64,000 nt of DNA from an uncultured Solirubrobacterales bacterium (lineage in GTDB: Bacteria > Actinomycetota > Thermoleophilia > Solirubrobacterales > JACPNS01): NCBI GenBank assembly GCA_937128795.1, contig CAKZMQ010000018.1:74523-138522 (forward strand), in the 5' to 3' direction. The notes under the pieces were generated by a model that saw only the letters and a list, made by a program, of their open reading frames with translations, did not search any database and was not told the DNA's origin. Numbering within the stretch: the first letter of the stretch is position 1; each line of letters starts with the position of its first letter. The position numbers and the translations under genes are program-made. Positions 35,774-45,062 of the stretch are shown one piece after another.

Positions 35774-37245
35774 TTCTTGATCTGCTCCGATTCAACGGCT
35801 TCTGTGTCCTCGGTCGTCGAGCCGCCCTTGATGCCGCTGGGCTGACCGACGCGCACTTCCTTCGGAAGCCGTGGTGCCGTGTTGAAGTCTCTGGTCGAGC
35901 CCTTGGTGATTTCATTGCCCGCACCGCAAATCTTGTTCTGACCGGTCGTCGGCGTTGGGTTCGACTGAATGAAGTTCGAAGTGTCCTCGCCGAATTGGTT
36001 GCGCGCGTCAAAGTTGGCCAGTCCGCTCGCCGGACCGACTTCGGAATTCGCTCCCGGCACCGGATTCGGGTATCCGGCAACAGCAGAGAAGCGGAGCCAG
36101 CCGTAGCCGCCATCACGCGAACTGACGGCCGAGGCGATGTTCCTCGCGAAAAGCCCGAAGTAGTTGCAGACGGTCTGCGCCGGTGTGACGTAGGAAAGTG
36201 GCTGATTGATCGTCGAAACGAACGACGCGAGACCCTGGAACCCGAGCCGCACCTGCGGGTCCGCGGAAAACTGGCCGAGGTTCTGGAAGGTCTTGTTGAA
36301 CTTGGGTGTCGTGCGATAGAGCTTGCGCATGATCCTCGGTCCGCGCGTCGTGATCGTCGCCAGGTTGTCGGCGACCGCCGGCAGATAGGGCGCGCCGGGC
36401 TGGAACTTCTCGACGACCTCCGTCAGCTGGGTGAAGTAGCGCTGCTGGTCGGGGAACGACTCGGTGAGGACGGCGAGCGTTGCCGGGGACTCCTCGAGGC
36501 TGTCCTGAATCCCCTGCGAGGCGGCGGCAAACGCTCCAAGCGTTCGGTCGGCGTTGACGAACACCTCGCCAGCTTCATCACCGGTCGCGGCGGTGTCGCG
36601 CGCGGCGCGAGCGAGAGCACGGATGAAGTCCGAAAGGCGCGTACTGCGCGCCGAGATCGTCCGCGCGACGGGTTCGAGGTTTGCAAACAGTGGGCCGATT
36701 TCTCCGAATGCGGTGTTCAGGTCGGTACCGCGACCGGCAAAGGCGTTGCCGAACTCGGTCAGCGAGTCCTTGTTTCCTTCACGAACCCTTTCGTCGAACG
36801 TGTTCAACAGATCTTCGAACTCGGTCGCCACCGTCGCCTGCCCGATCGGCAGGCTGCCGCCGTTGGGGATTGTCTGCTTCGAGTCGCCGAGGGTGAGTTC
36901 GACGTATTTCAGGCCGATCGTCGAACGCGGTCGAACCTCCACCTTCGAGTTCGCGGGAATCGGGCCGACGTTCTGGTCGAGTTTCATGTCGATCTTCGCG
37001 TAGTACTCGCCGTCGACCTCCTGCGGTGTGATCGCCGTGACGAGCCCCGCTCGCGCGCCACCGATCCGTACGTCGTTGCCCTTCACAAGAGCGGCGCCGT
37101 TGGGCAGATCTGCGGTGATGTTGTACGTCGGAACGAACGGAAGGCCAGTGTTCGCGTTGTACGAGAGCAGCACCATCACGAGGATCACGAGGATCGCCCC
37201 TGCTCCGACCAGCACCGGGTTGTCGGCTACGCCTTGGCGACGCAT
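35770..37245 (-). CDS. Mce/MlaD-family protein, third position (MceC-like)
   Basis: 491 aa with an N-terminal TM. Mce domain RIGGARAGLVTAI. Its start overlaps the upstream stop. Confidence 0.88.
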   Translation of the reverse strand: MRRQGVADNPVLVGAGAILVILVMVLLSYNANTGLPFVPTYNITADLPNGAALVKGNDVRIGGARAGLVTAITPQEVDGEYYAKIDMKLDQNVGPIPANSKVEVRPRSTIGLKYVELTLGDSKQTIPNGGSLPIGQATVATEFEDLLNTFDERVREGNKDSLTEFGNAFAGRGTDLNTAFGEIGPLFANLEPVARTISARSTRLSDFIRALARAARDTAATGDEAGEVFVNADRTLGAFAAASQGIQDSLEESPATLAVLTESFPDQQRYFTQLTEVVEKFQPGAPYLPAVADNLATITTRGPRIMRKLYRTTPKFNKTFQNLGQFSADPQVRLGFQGLASFVSTINQPLSYVTPAQTVCNYFGLFARNIASAVSSRDGGYGWLRFSAVAGYPNPVPGANSEVGPASGLANFDARNQFGEDTSNFIQSNPTPTTGQNKICGAGNEITKGSTRDFNTAPRLPKEVRVGQPSGIKGGSTTEDTEAVESEQIKK

Positions 37246-38657
37246 CAGCGTTCACCCCCGAGCAGGTAATCGAGTGCGGCAGCGTCCTGTGACAGTCCAG
37301 CAGCCGAAGCGCCGGACTTGTCGTAGTCCTCGTTGCTGCTGGCCGATGCCGCAGAGCTGCTGGCCGAGTTCGAGGGAGGAAGGTTGGAGGGATCCCGAAC
37401 GCCGAAGTCAGCAGCGCACGCCTTGCTCCGCTGCTGCGCGTAGGTGAAGCACGCGGAGTTGATCGTCAGTGCAGAACGAATGAAGTGCCCGAAGGAGTCC
37501 TTGCCGTTGGCCGCTCCGGCGAGTCCGATGGCCAACGAGGCAAGGTTGTCGTAGCCCTTCTGGTCCTCGAATCCCTCGAGCAACTTGCGCAGATTCGTGA
37601 CCGATCCACGGTTGTCGGAAATCACCCGAAGGATGTCCGCCAGCGGCTGGATCGCCGGAATCTGCGCGCGGAAGATGTCTGCAGACTTCCCGAAGCGGGT
37701 CAGGGCGGGGTTTGCTTCCTTGACGAATTCATTGGTTCCGGTCACGAACGTGCTGAGGTCGGGCGCCGCTGCGCGCGCCGAGGCCGCCACCGGGGCGGCT
37801 TGGTCGGCGAAGTTCTTGAGGATCTTCGCAGTCGGTTCGAGCTCGTCAAGGAACGCAGGGAGGCGCGCGAGTGTCTCGGCCAGCTCGGCACGCTTTGCGT
37901 TGGTCGCGCGCGCGGCCTTGTCGGCGTTCTTGAACAGACCGGTGATGCTCTTGCGGTCCTTGGCGAGCGCCTGGAGCGAGCGGTCGCCATCGACTGCGAG
38001 CGTCTCGAGCTGCTTGTTCTCGCGGGCGAGGATCCTCAGGATGTCATTGACTTCCTTGAACGTCGGGTCGAAGCGATTGAGAATGTCCTGTAGGTCCTGG
38101 CCGCGGCCGGTCAGCGTGATGCCGAGCTCGTTGATGATCACGCGGAATCGTTCGCGCTGCGGCTCGCGCATCGCGTCGAGCAACTCATCGATGTCGACGG
38201 GCGCGCTGGTCTTGTTCGAAAGCATCAGGCGACGGTTCTCGTCGGTCGGGTCCTCGCGCAGTTCTGCCTCGACCGGCGTGCCGGGATCGCAGTCGATGAA
38301 GCGCTCGCCGATCAGCGACTGCAGGCGGATCTTGCACGTCGCGTCCTCGTAGAAGCGCTGAAATGCGGGGTCGGTGATCTTGATCACGACCGAGGCTTCG
38401 TCGTTGTTGGCGACAAAGATCTTCTCGATGGTGCCGACGTTTGCGCCGGCCACACGGACATCCGCGCCGGTCGTGATCGGACCGGCGTTTTTGAACTGCA
38501 CGCGCACGCGGTAGTCGTCGTCGCTTCCCGCACCGACTGAAGACACGACCACGACGACCGCGGCGGTTGCGACAGCGACGAGCGCCGCTATGCGACGCGT
38601 TCGGCGCGTCAGCTGCTTGAGGTGTGGTTTCGGGTTGAGTTTCTTCATCGTGATCAC
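37245..38657 (-). CDS. Mce/MlaD-family protein, second position (MceB-like)
   Basis: 470 aa with an N-terminal TM. Mce domain RVAGANVGTIEKI. Its start overlaps the upstream stop. Confidence 0.88.
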   Translation of the reverse strand: MITMKKLNPKPHLKQLTRRTRRIAALVAVATAAVVVVVSSVGAGSDDDYRVRVQFKNAGPITTGADVRVAGANVGTIEKIFVANNDEASVVIKITDPAFQRFYEDATCKIRLQSLIGERFIDCDPGTPVEAELREDPTDENRRLMLSNKTSAPVDIDELLDAMREPQRERFRVIINELGITLTGRGQDLQDILNRFDPTFKEVNDILRILARENKQLETLAVDGDRSLQALAKDRKSITGLFKNADKAARATNAKRAELAETLARLPAFLDELEPTAKILKNFADQAAPVAASARAAAPDLSTFVTGTNEFVKEANPALTRFGKSADIFRAQIPAIQPLADILRVISDNRGSVTNLRKLLEGFEDQKGYDNLASLAIGLAGAANGKDSFGHFIRSALTINSACFTYAQQRSKACAADFGVRDPSNLPPSNSASSSAASASSNEDYDKSGASAAGLSQDAAALDYLLGGER

Positions 38658-40024
38658 GGGCCGGGGATCAAGAGCGAGGGGTCACAGTCGACGGCGCCGC
38701 CGTCGGTGAAAGGGTTCGATCCGTCCGGCGCAGGCTGCGTTGCCGCGCCGGGGCAGCGATTGGTGCCGGTCTGCGTGTACTGCGAAAGCGCCTGGTCGTT
38801 GCTCGGATCGAGTTGACCGGTGCCGCTGTTGTAGTTGAAGTTGCCGGTCTGGGTGGCGACGCGTATGTAGTGACCGTTGGCGTCATAGTTGGACGCGATC
38901 TGGCCGAAGTGGCTGATCCACGAGGTCAGTTCGGGCGTGTAGGGACGTAGGAACGACAGCACTACCTGGCCTGTCTTCATCGCCTCGGTCGAGTTCGGGA
39001 ACGTGTATCGCGCCTGCTTGGTCAGCGCCGGCTGGTTCGCGAGCAGGTCGGTCAGATCGTTGTTCTTCCCGCGCTTGCGAAGCATGAAGCGCAGATACTC
39101 GAGCGTCGGCTCGGCGTTGTTGACCAGCGGCCGCAACTTGCGGAAGAGCGGCGCCAAACCATCGCCGTCGTCTTCGCCGATCGGGTCTGACTTGTCAGAA
39201 AGATTTTCAAGCGCGGCGAACGTCGGCCGCAGCGCCGCAAACGCTTGGGTTCCCTGTTTCAGCGTCGTCGGCAGAATCGCCAATGCGCGGTCCAGCTCGG
39301 CCGACTCCTCGGAGACTGCCGTCGTGAATCGCGTGAGGTTCGTGAACATCGCGCGAATCTGTTCCTTCTGGCCGGCGAGCGTGTCGGTCGCACGCGCCGA
39401 AACGACGAGGAATTGCGCCAAAGTCTCGTCGTCCTTGGCGACGCCCGCAGCCAGACGAGCACCGGCATCGAAGAACGGCGCGACCCAGCGCAGAGCAAGG
39501 TTACCGTAGGTCGTTTCGTTCAGCGGCGTGCTCGGATCGTCGGCGTACTGAGCCGCGCTGCCCTTGAGAAAGTCCTGCAATCCCTTGGTGGTCTTTGGAT
39601 TGAAACTGTTCAGCACCTGGTCGAGATCGACCGGCGGTTCGGTGTTGTCGGCCTTGATCACGCCGTTGCTCGAAATCTCCGGCGAACTGTTCGGCCCCGG
39701 TGCGAGCGACACGTAACGGTTGGCGACTCCAGAGAGCGAAAACAGTCGGATCGTGGCGGTCGTTCCCTGGTGCAGCGGGGTCAGCGAGCCGTCGTCGATT
39801 CGCAGACGAACGTTGGCCTGGTTGTCCTCGGTCAGCGTGATCGATTCAACCTTGCCGACGGGCTTCCCGCCGACGGTGACGTTCGCACCCTTGACCAGCT
39901 GACCGCCGGTCTCGAATTCGGCGTTCACGTAGTAGCCACCGCCGCGCAGGATCAGCCACGCGATCAGCAGCACAGCGATCGCGATGCCGCCCAGTGCGAA
40001 CGTCCTTTGTCGGTTGGTCACCAC
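38654..40024 (-). CDS. Mce/MlaD-family protein, first position (MceA-like)
   Basis: 456 aa with an N-terminal TM (FALGGIAIAVLLIAWLIL). Mce domain TVGGKPVGKVESI. Confidence 0.88.
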   Translation of the reverse strand: MVTNRQRTFALGGIAIAVLLIAWLILRGGGYYVNAEFETGGQLVKGANVTVGGKPVGKVESITLTEDNQANVRLRIDDGSLTPLHQGTTATIRLFSLSGVANRYVSLAPGPNSSPEISSNGVIKADNTEPPVDLDQVLNSFNPKTTKGLQDFLKGSAAQYADDPSTPLNETTYGNLALRWVAPFFDAGARLAAGVAKDDETLAQFLVVSARATDTLAGQKEQIRAMFTNLTRFTTAVSEESAELDRALAILPTTLKQGTQAFAALRPTFAALENLSDKSDPIGEDDGDGLAPLFRKLRPLVNNAEPTLEYLRFMLRKRGKNNDLTDLLANQPALTKQARYTFPNSTEAMKTGQVVLSFLRPYTPELTSWISHFGQIASNYDANGHYIRVATQTGNFNYNSGTGQLDPSNDQALSQYTQTGTNRCPGAATQPAPDGSNPFTDGGAVDCDPSLLIPGP

Positions 40025-40164
40025 GCCGCGACGCCACCTTTATGGCCCCGAATTATCGCTCGCGGAGACAACGCCTCCATGCGCGCCAAACGCCCCTGCG
40101 AGGGGGCGCTGGTTTTGACCGTGTGGTCAAAGGGGATGTCGAAGGGACTTCGCAACGTCAACTA

Positions 40165-41187
40165 CTACTCCATGCCCAGCGGGCCAATCGCGTCTCCGGT
40201 CAAGAATTGCTTGACGAACGGGTTCTCTGAATCGAACAACTCCTGTGCGGGGCCGGCATCGACGATGCGCCCCTTCCAGAGCAGGGCGATGTGTTCGGCC
40301 ACGCGGCGCGCGGAAAGAATGTCGTGCGTGATGACCACGTATGCGCCGCCGTTTTCGTCGTGGATCTCCTTGATCAACTCACACAGCAGCGCGGTTCGGA
40401 CGGGGTCGAGGCCGGAGTCCGGCTCGTCGAACAGCACGATGTCCGGATCGAGCACCAAGGCACGGGCGAATCCGGCGCGCTTGCGCATACCGCCGGAAAG
40501 TTCGTTGGGCATCTTGTCGCCGTCGTTGCCGAGGCCGACCTCACCGAGTCGGCGGTTGACGATTTCTGCGACGTCGACCTCGCTCTTGTCGGTGTGTTGG
40601 CGAAGCGGGAACGCGACGTTGTCAAAAAGATTCATCGAACCGAAGAGTGCACCGTCCTGGAACAGCACGCCGAACTTCTTGCGCACTTCGAATAGACGGG
40701 AATCCTCCATGTCGGGCACTGACTCGCCGTGGACGAGCACGTCGCCCTGGTCGGGATAGAGCAGGCCGACCATGTGCTTGATGCAGACCGACTTGCCCGT
40801 GCCGGACGGACCGAGGATCATCGAAATCTGATCCTCGGGGATTTCCAGGTTGAGACCGTTCAGCACCTTGTTGCGACCGAACGCCTTGTGCACGTCAACG
40901 AACTCGATCGCGCTGCGCTGGGCACCATGATCTCGCACAGTGTGACTGTGAAAGTCATACGGGCCGGCGTGTTCATAGCCGGGCGCGTTCGGCGGAATGC
41001 GGTTGCCGAACTCGTCGAGGTGGACGGTCGGCTCGACTGGTCGATGTTCTGGCGGGAGTGCCGTCGGGAAGCTTTCTCCCGTGGTCGGATCGACGAACGT
41101 CTCGGGGACGTACGAGCCCGAGTCGGTGGCCGCGCCATCAGAACGCGGTGTCGCGTTGCCTTCCTGATCGAAAGTCTCGTCAGTCAT
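40165..41187 (-). CDS. mkl: Mkl/MceG (MlaF-type) ABC ATPase with a ~95-aa Pro-rich N-terminal extension
   Basis: Walker A GPSGTGKS, signature LSGGMRKR, Walker B VLFDEPDSGLD. The first ~95 aa have no ABC homology (PTTGESFPTALPPEHRPVEPTVHLDEFGNRIPPNAPGYEHAGP). Confidence 0.9.
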   Translation of the reverse strand: MTDETFDQEGNATPRSDGAATDSGSYVPETFVDPTTGESFPTALPPEHRPVEPTVHLDEFGNRIPPNAPGYEHAGPYDFHSHTVRDHGAQRSAIEFVDVHKAFGRNKVLNGLNLEIPEDQISMILGPSGTGKSVCIKHMVGLLYPDQGDVLVHGESVPDMEDSRLFEVRKKFGVLFQDGALFGSMNLFDNVAFPLRQHTDKSEVDVAEIVNRRLGEVGLGNDGDKMPNELSGGMRKRAGFARALVLDPDIVLFDEPDSGLDPVRTALLCELIKEIHDENGGAYVVITHDILSARRVAEHIALLWKGRIVDAGPAQELFDSENPFVKQFLTGDAIGPLGME

Positions 41188-41317
41188 CGTTCATTCCCCT
41201 TCTTTGACACTTCCCCTGATCTCCCATCGAAAGAGATAACCCGGGCATCAAGTCGTTGGTCCGCAACTCAAAACAAGCACAAAATTGCATGCGTATCCCT
41301 TTGCCATGCATAACCCG

Positions 41318-42121
41318 TCATCCTCCTATTGGCGCGCGCGGGTTAGCGCCCCAGAAAAACACAGTCCCCATCATTCCTACGAGGTGGACCACAACAATGT
41401 TCGCAACCATCGACTTCGCAGTTGCCGTTCCCACTCCGACCGGCCCCCCGGTCACGTGGTAGCCGTAGTAACAGGCGATGATCACGATGAACGTAGCCAT
41501 CGCCATGGCCTTGATCAAGCTGAACAAGAGGTCTGGCGGGTTCTGGAACAACCAGAAGATCAGCGAGTACGAACCGCTCGAAACATCGCCGATCTGCTGG
41601 ACGACCGCCAGGTATGAAGCGAAGAAGGCGCCGCCGACGCCGGCGATGTAGAGGAACGGCAGTACGAGCCACGCCGCGAGCAGGCGGGTTGACGCCAGGA
41701 AGAGCACCGAGTCGATGCCCATCACTTCGAGCGCGTCGATCTCGTCGTTGATGCGCATCGAACCGATCTCGGCGACGATTCCGGTGCCGACCTTTGCGCA
41801 CATCATGTAGCCAAACGCGTACGGGGCGATTTCGCGAAGGTCGCACCAGGCGGTGAACACACCGGCGTACGCCGGGGCGCCCAACGAACGCGTGAAGTAG
41901 GCGCCCTCGATGCCGCACTGCAGACCGACGAAGAACATCAGTGTCCAGATGACAACGGCCGACCCGATGATCAGCACGCCGGCTTGGCGTAGCGTCTCGC
42001 CGAAGAACGTCATCACGCGGCCGCCGAAGATGTCGACGACGACCTCGCTGCCGAACTTGACGACCTTGCCGAAGGCGTCGATCCATTCCTCGAGCTTCAG
42101 TCTCATGCGTGTCGCGAGCAT
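41318..42121 (-). CDS. YrbE/MlaE-family ABC permease (YrbEB position)
   Basis: 267 aa, multi-TM. EIDALEVMGIDSV is the MlaE EExDA-type motif. Confidence 0.9.
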   Translation of the reverse strand: MLATRMRLKLEEWIDAFGKVVKFGSEVVVDIFGGRVMTFFGETLRQAGVLIIGSAVVIWTLMFFVGLQCGIEGAYFTRSLGAPAYAGVFTAWCDLREIAPYAFGYMMCAKVGTGIVAEIGSMRINDEIDALEVMGIDSVLFLASTRLLAAWLVLPFLYIAGVGGAFFASYLAVVQQIGDVSSGSYSLIFWLFQNPPDLLFSLIKAMAMATFIVIIACYYGYHVTGGPVGVGTATAKSMVANIVVVHLVGMMGTVFFWGANPRAPIGG

Positions 42122-42130
42122 CTCAGGTAC

Positions 42131-42931
42131 CTAACGGATCGCCGTGATCTCGGGGTTGGTGGCGAGCAGCGTCTGTGTGAATACGTAATTGAAGGCGAAA
42201 ACACCGATGAAGGCGATGACGACTGCCTGGTTGACGGCGCGGCCCACGCCCTCGGCACCACCTTGCGCATTCATGCCTTTGTAGCAACAGACGATCGCAA
42301 TGATCGCGCCGAAGATCGTCGTCTTGACGATCGACCCCCAGAGGTCGGTGACGGAGGCGTTGGTGAAGAAGGTCGCCCAGAACGGACCCAGTGGGGCGCC
42401 GTTGACGAGCGTTGCGATCACGCCGCCGGACACACCGAGCATCAAGGCGAAAATGTCAAACAGCCCGGTGAGGATCATCAGTGCGAAGAAGCGCGGCACG
42501 ACGAGGTTCTTGATCGCGTCGACGCCGAGCACCGCGAGTGCATCGAGCTCGTCGCGGATCTTGCGCGCGCCGAGGTCGGCGGTGATCGCGGTACCGGCGA
42601 CGCCGGCCATCACGACGGCGGTGACGAACGGTGCAAACTCACGGATTGACGCGAGGACGAAGAACCCACCGAGGCGGTCGATCGAGCCAAACAGAGTTGC
42701 GAAGTTCGCGGCCTGAAGCCCGGGTGCGCCGTAGCCAAGGGCAACGGTCGAAACGATCAGCGGGAACCAGCACAGCTTGAGGGCGAACAAAAACTGCTGT
42801 ACGAACTCGCCGCCGTACGGGTACGGCGGACGGATCGCGGACATGATCGTTTGGCCGGCGAGAATCACCATCTCACCGATCTCAACGAGAAATTCCCTCA
42901 CGCCCTCATAGGCGCGAGTCGCGTAGCTCAC
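42131..42931 (-). CDS. YrbE/MlaE-family ABC permease (YrbEA position)
   Basis: 266 aa, multi-TM, with the RDELDALAVLGVDAI motif. GTG start. Confidence 0.9.
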   Translation of the reverse strand: MSYATRAYEGVREFLVEIGEMVILAGQTIMSAIRPPYPYGGEFVQQFLFALKLCWFPLIVSTVALGYGAPGLQAANFATLFGSIDRLGGFFVLASIREFAPFVTAVVMAGVAGTAITADLGARKIRDELDALAVLGVDAIKNLVVPRFFALMILTGLFDIFALMLGVSGGVIATLVNGAPLGPFWATFFTNASVTDLWGSIVKTTIFGAIIAIVCCYKGMNAQGGAEGVGRAVNQAVVIAFIGVFAFNYVFTQTLLATNPEITAIR

Positions 42932-43188
42932 AGCCCCAACCCTTTTGTCAACCTAAACACTCATCCCTTGATCCACCGCAGCGCTGGTGGAGATTGCTCC
43001 TCCAGCTGAATTGCTCCTAAGCCTTGTTGCCCGGCGTTCTGAGTTTCTCCTAAACGCAGAAAGCCACAACCGGCCCAACCCCCCGAATTCCGATGCAAGA
43101 TCATATCTAGGCGAGTTTCCTGTTTCGCCGCCGAATCCTGCATCGCAAAAGGGCGCAGCGGGTTGAGCCGTGGTGAGCTGCTGGTATC

Positions 43189-43848
43189 TTGCGGGCGGTC
43201 TTGACGGTGGAGGAGTCTTTGGACACATCTGCGGCCCATGACGGGTCCCGCGCTCCGAGCGCAGTCGGCACGCCCAATGGGCGCGCTCGCACGTCGCTTG
43301 CGGCGACATTCCTGATCTTGCTTTGCGGTCTGTTGCTCGCTGGATGCGGCGGTGATGACGCTCAGGACGCTGACGCTCCGACCGGCACTTGGACGGTCGA
43401 AGTGGTCGAATGGAACTTTCCTGAAGTCCAGCCGCTCGGTCGACCGGTGGACTTCGAGATCGTCGTCCGCAACGACGACGAGCGCGACATCCCGCAGCTG
43501 ATCCTGACGATCGCAGGGATGAGGCAGTTCGTAGAACAGCGCGCGGCAGCCTCGAACACGCGACCGGTTTGGATCCCCAACGAAGTCGAGTACGCCAACG
43601 TGACGCCCTATGACTCGGCGCTCGCACAAAGTTTCAACCTCGGCCCACTCGTCGCGGGCGAGACCAAAGAATTCAATCTGCCACTCACGCCGTTGCGTCG
43701 CGGCAAGCACCGCATCGGCTATTCACTTTCCGGCGACCTGTACGGCGGAACGACGCTGCTCACCGCCGAGAACACCCCTGCCGCTTCAACACGCGTAGTC
43801 GCGATCGACCCGACACCAGACTTCGACAGCAGCATCTTCGACGACTGA
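43189..43848 (+). CDS. Hypothetical lipoprotein (beta-sandwich-like), divergent from the Mce locus; start uncertain
   Basis: Lipobox LLLAGCGG. The mature part WTVEVVEWNFPEVQPLGRPVDFEIVVRNDDERDI looks like a CARDB/DUF11-type fold, which is a guess. Confidence 0.55.
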   Translation: MRAVLTVEESLDTSAAHDGSRAPSAVGTPNGRARTSLAATFLILLCGLLLAGCGGDDAQDADAPTGTWTVEVVEWNFPEVQPLGRPVDFEIVVRNDDERDIPQLILTIAGMRQFVEQRAAASNTRPVWIPNEVEYANVTPYDSALAQSFNLGPLVAGETKEFNLPLTPLRRGKHRIGYSLSGDLYGGTTLLTAENTPAASTRVVAIDPTPDFDSSIFDD

Positions 43849-43851
43849 CCC

Positions 43852-44190
43852 CCTGCAAGGTCCGAGGTTGCAAGCGGGATCTGCGCGTGGCGTTCGTTGA
43901 CCGATGCGGGGCGCGGATTGACTTTCGTTTTGGCACCGATGGGGTGCGGCGGTTGGTTGCGGTGCGGGGTCTTACTCGCTGGGGATCAGCGCTGGTGAGA
44001 ACGGTGACCCTGAATGCGAAGGGGTGTTTTGGATTAGGAGCCCCCCGGCGGGAGAGTCCTGGAGCTTTTTGCCCCATCGGAATCACCCGCACCAATCAGC
44101 CCGTTCCCTTTTTAGTGCAAAAACGAAAGTCAGTCAGCCCGCCGCATCGAACACCAACCGGATCCCGCTTGCAACCTCGGACCTTGCAGG
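43852..44190. mobile_element. MITE-like / REP-bounded 339-bp element with perfect 30-bp terminal inverted repeats
   Basis: CCTGCAAGGTCCGAGGTTGCAAGCGGGATC at 43852-43881 has its exact reverse complement at 44161-44190. It contains the same 21-bp motif as 3926-4632. It fills the whole spacer between two convergent stops (3 nt and 1 nt away). The interior has no credible ORF. Confidence 0.45.
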
Positions 44191-44191
44191 A

Positions 44192-45040
44192 CTAGGAAGC
44201 GATCTTGACGTTCAGCGAGTAGCTGTCGATCAGCTCTTCGACGGTGCCGGGTGTTGCGGCGTCTTTGAGCGCTTGGAACTGCTCGACCATCGTCGGCTTC
44301 TCGTGCTTGTAGAAAATGCCGAGTGACATCGGATCGTCGAGAGCCTGGGCAAAAGCCGCCGCGCGATCGGTCGGGTCGTGGTTCTCGTCGAGCTGAACAA
44401 CGTCGTTCTTCCAGATCTGCGTGTTGTTGTTGAAGGCCGTGCACGGCGAGTAGGCGTCGATGAAGCTGAAGCCGGGGTTGGTCATGCCGGCGATGATCAG
44501 CTCGGTCAACTCTTTTGCGCGGAAGGATGCACCGCGGGCTACGAACGACGCGTCGGCAGCAATCGCCGTGGCCATCGTGTTCAGCGGCTCTTCCTGATTG
44601 CCGAAAGGCGAGCTCGGCGACTTCTGGTCGTGACGCGACGTCGGCGAGACCTGGCCTTTGGTGAGGCCGTATGTCTCGTTGTTCATGATCACGTAGGTGA
44701 TGTCGATGTTGCGTCGCGCTGCGTGCGGGAAGTGCCCACCGCCGATCGCAAAACCGTCTCCGTCGCCGCCTACGGCGATCACTTCAAGTTCTGGATTGGC
44801 CATCTTCACACCCATCGCGGTAGGCAGCGCCCGCCCGTGGACGCCGTGATAGCCATACGTGGTGACGAATCCCGGGAACCGGCTCGAACAGCCGATACCA
44901 CTCACGACAACAGTGCGATCGGGGTCGAGATCGAGTTCGGCAAAGGCGCGATAAGCCGCTGCCAGCACACCGAAGTCTCCGCAACCCGGGCACCAGATCG
45001 GCTTTAGATCTGACTTGAATTCTTTGGCGTCTTTTGGCAT
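44192..45040 (-). CDS. korB: 2-oxoacid:ferredoxin oxidoreductase beta subunit (TPP-binding)
   Basis: Trimmed to the ATG at 45040 (MPKDAKEFKSDLKPIWCPGCGDFG), 22 nt after the korA stop. GGDGDGFAIGG is the TPP motif. Confidence 0.9.
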   Translation of the reverse strand: MPKDAKEFKSDLKPIWCPGCGDFGVLAAAYRAFAELDLDPDRTVVVSGIGCSSRFPGFVTTYGYHGVHGRALPTAMGVKMANPELEVIAVGGDGDGFAIGGGHFPHAARRNIDITYVIMNNETYGLTKGQVSPTSRHDQKSPSSPFGNQEEPLNTMATAIAADASFVARGASFRAKELTELIIAGMTNPGFSFIDAYSPCTAFNNNTQIWKNDVVQLDENHDPTDRAAAFAQALDDPMSLGIFYKHEKPTMVEQFQALKDAATPGTVEELIDSYSLNVKIAS

Positions 45041-45062
45041 TGCTGGACCCGTTTGCCTTTCG

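Noticed and set aside
43887-44195. 102-aa ORF inside the MITE-like element
   Set aside because: It runs through the terminal inverted repeat and into the korB stop, has no start context and has atypical composition. It is most likely non-coding.
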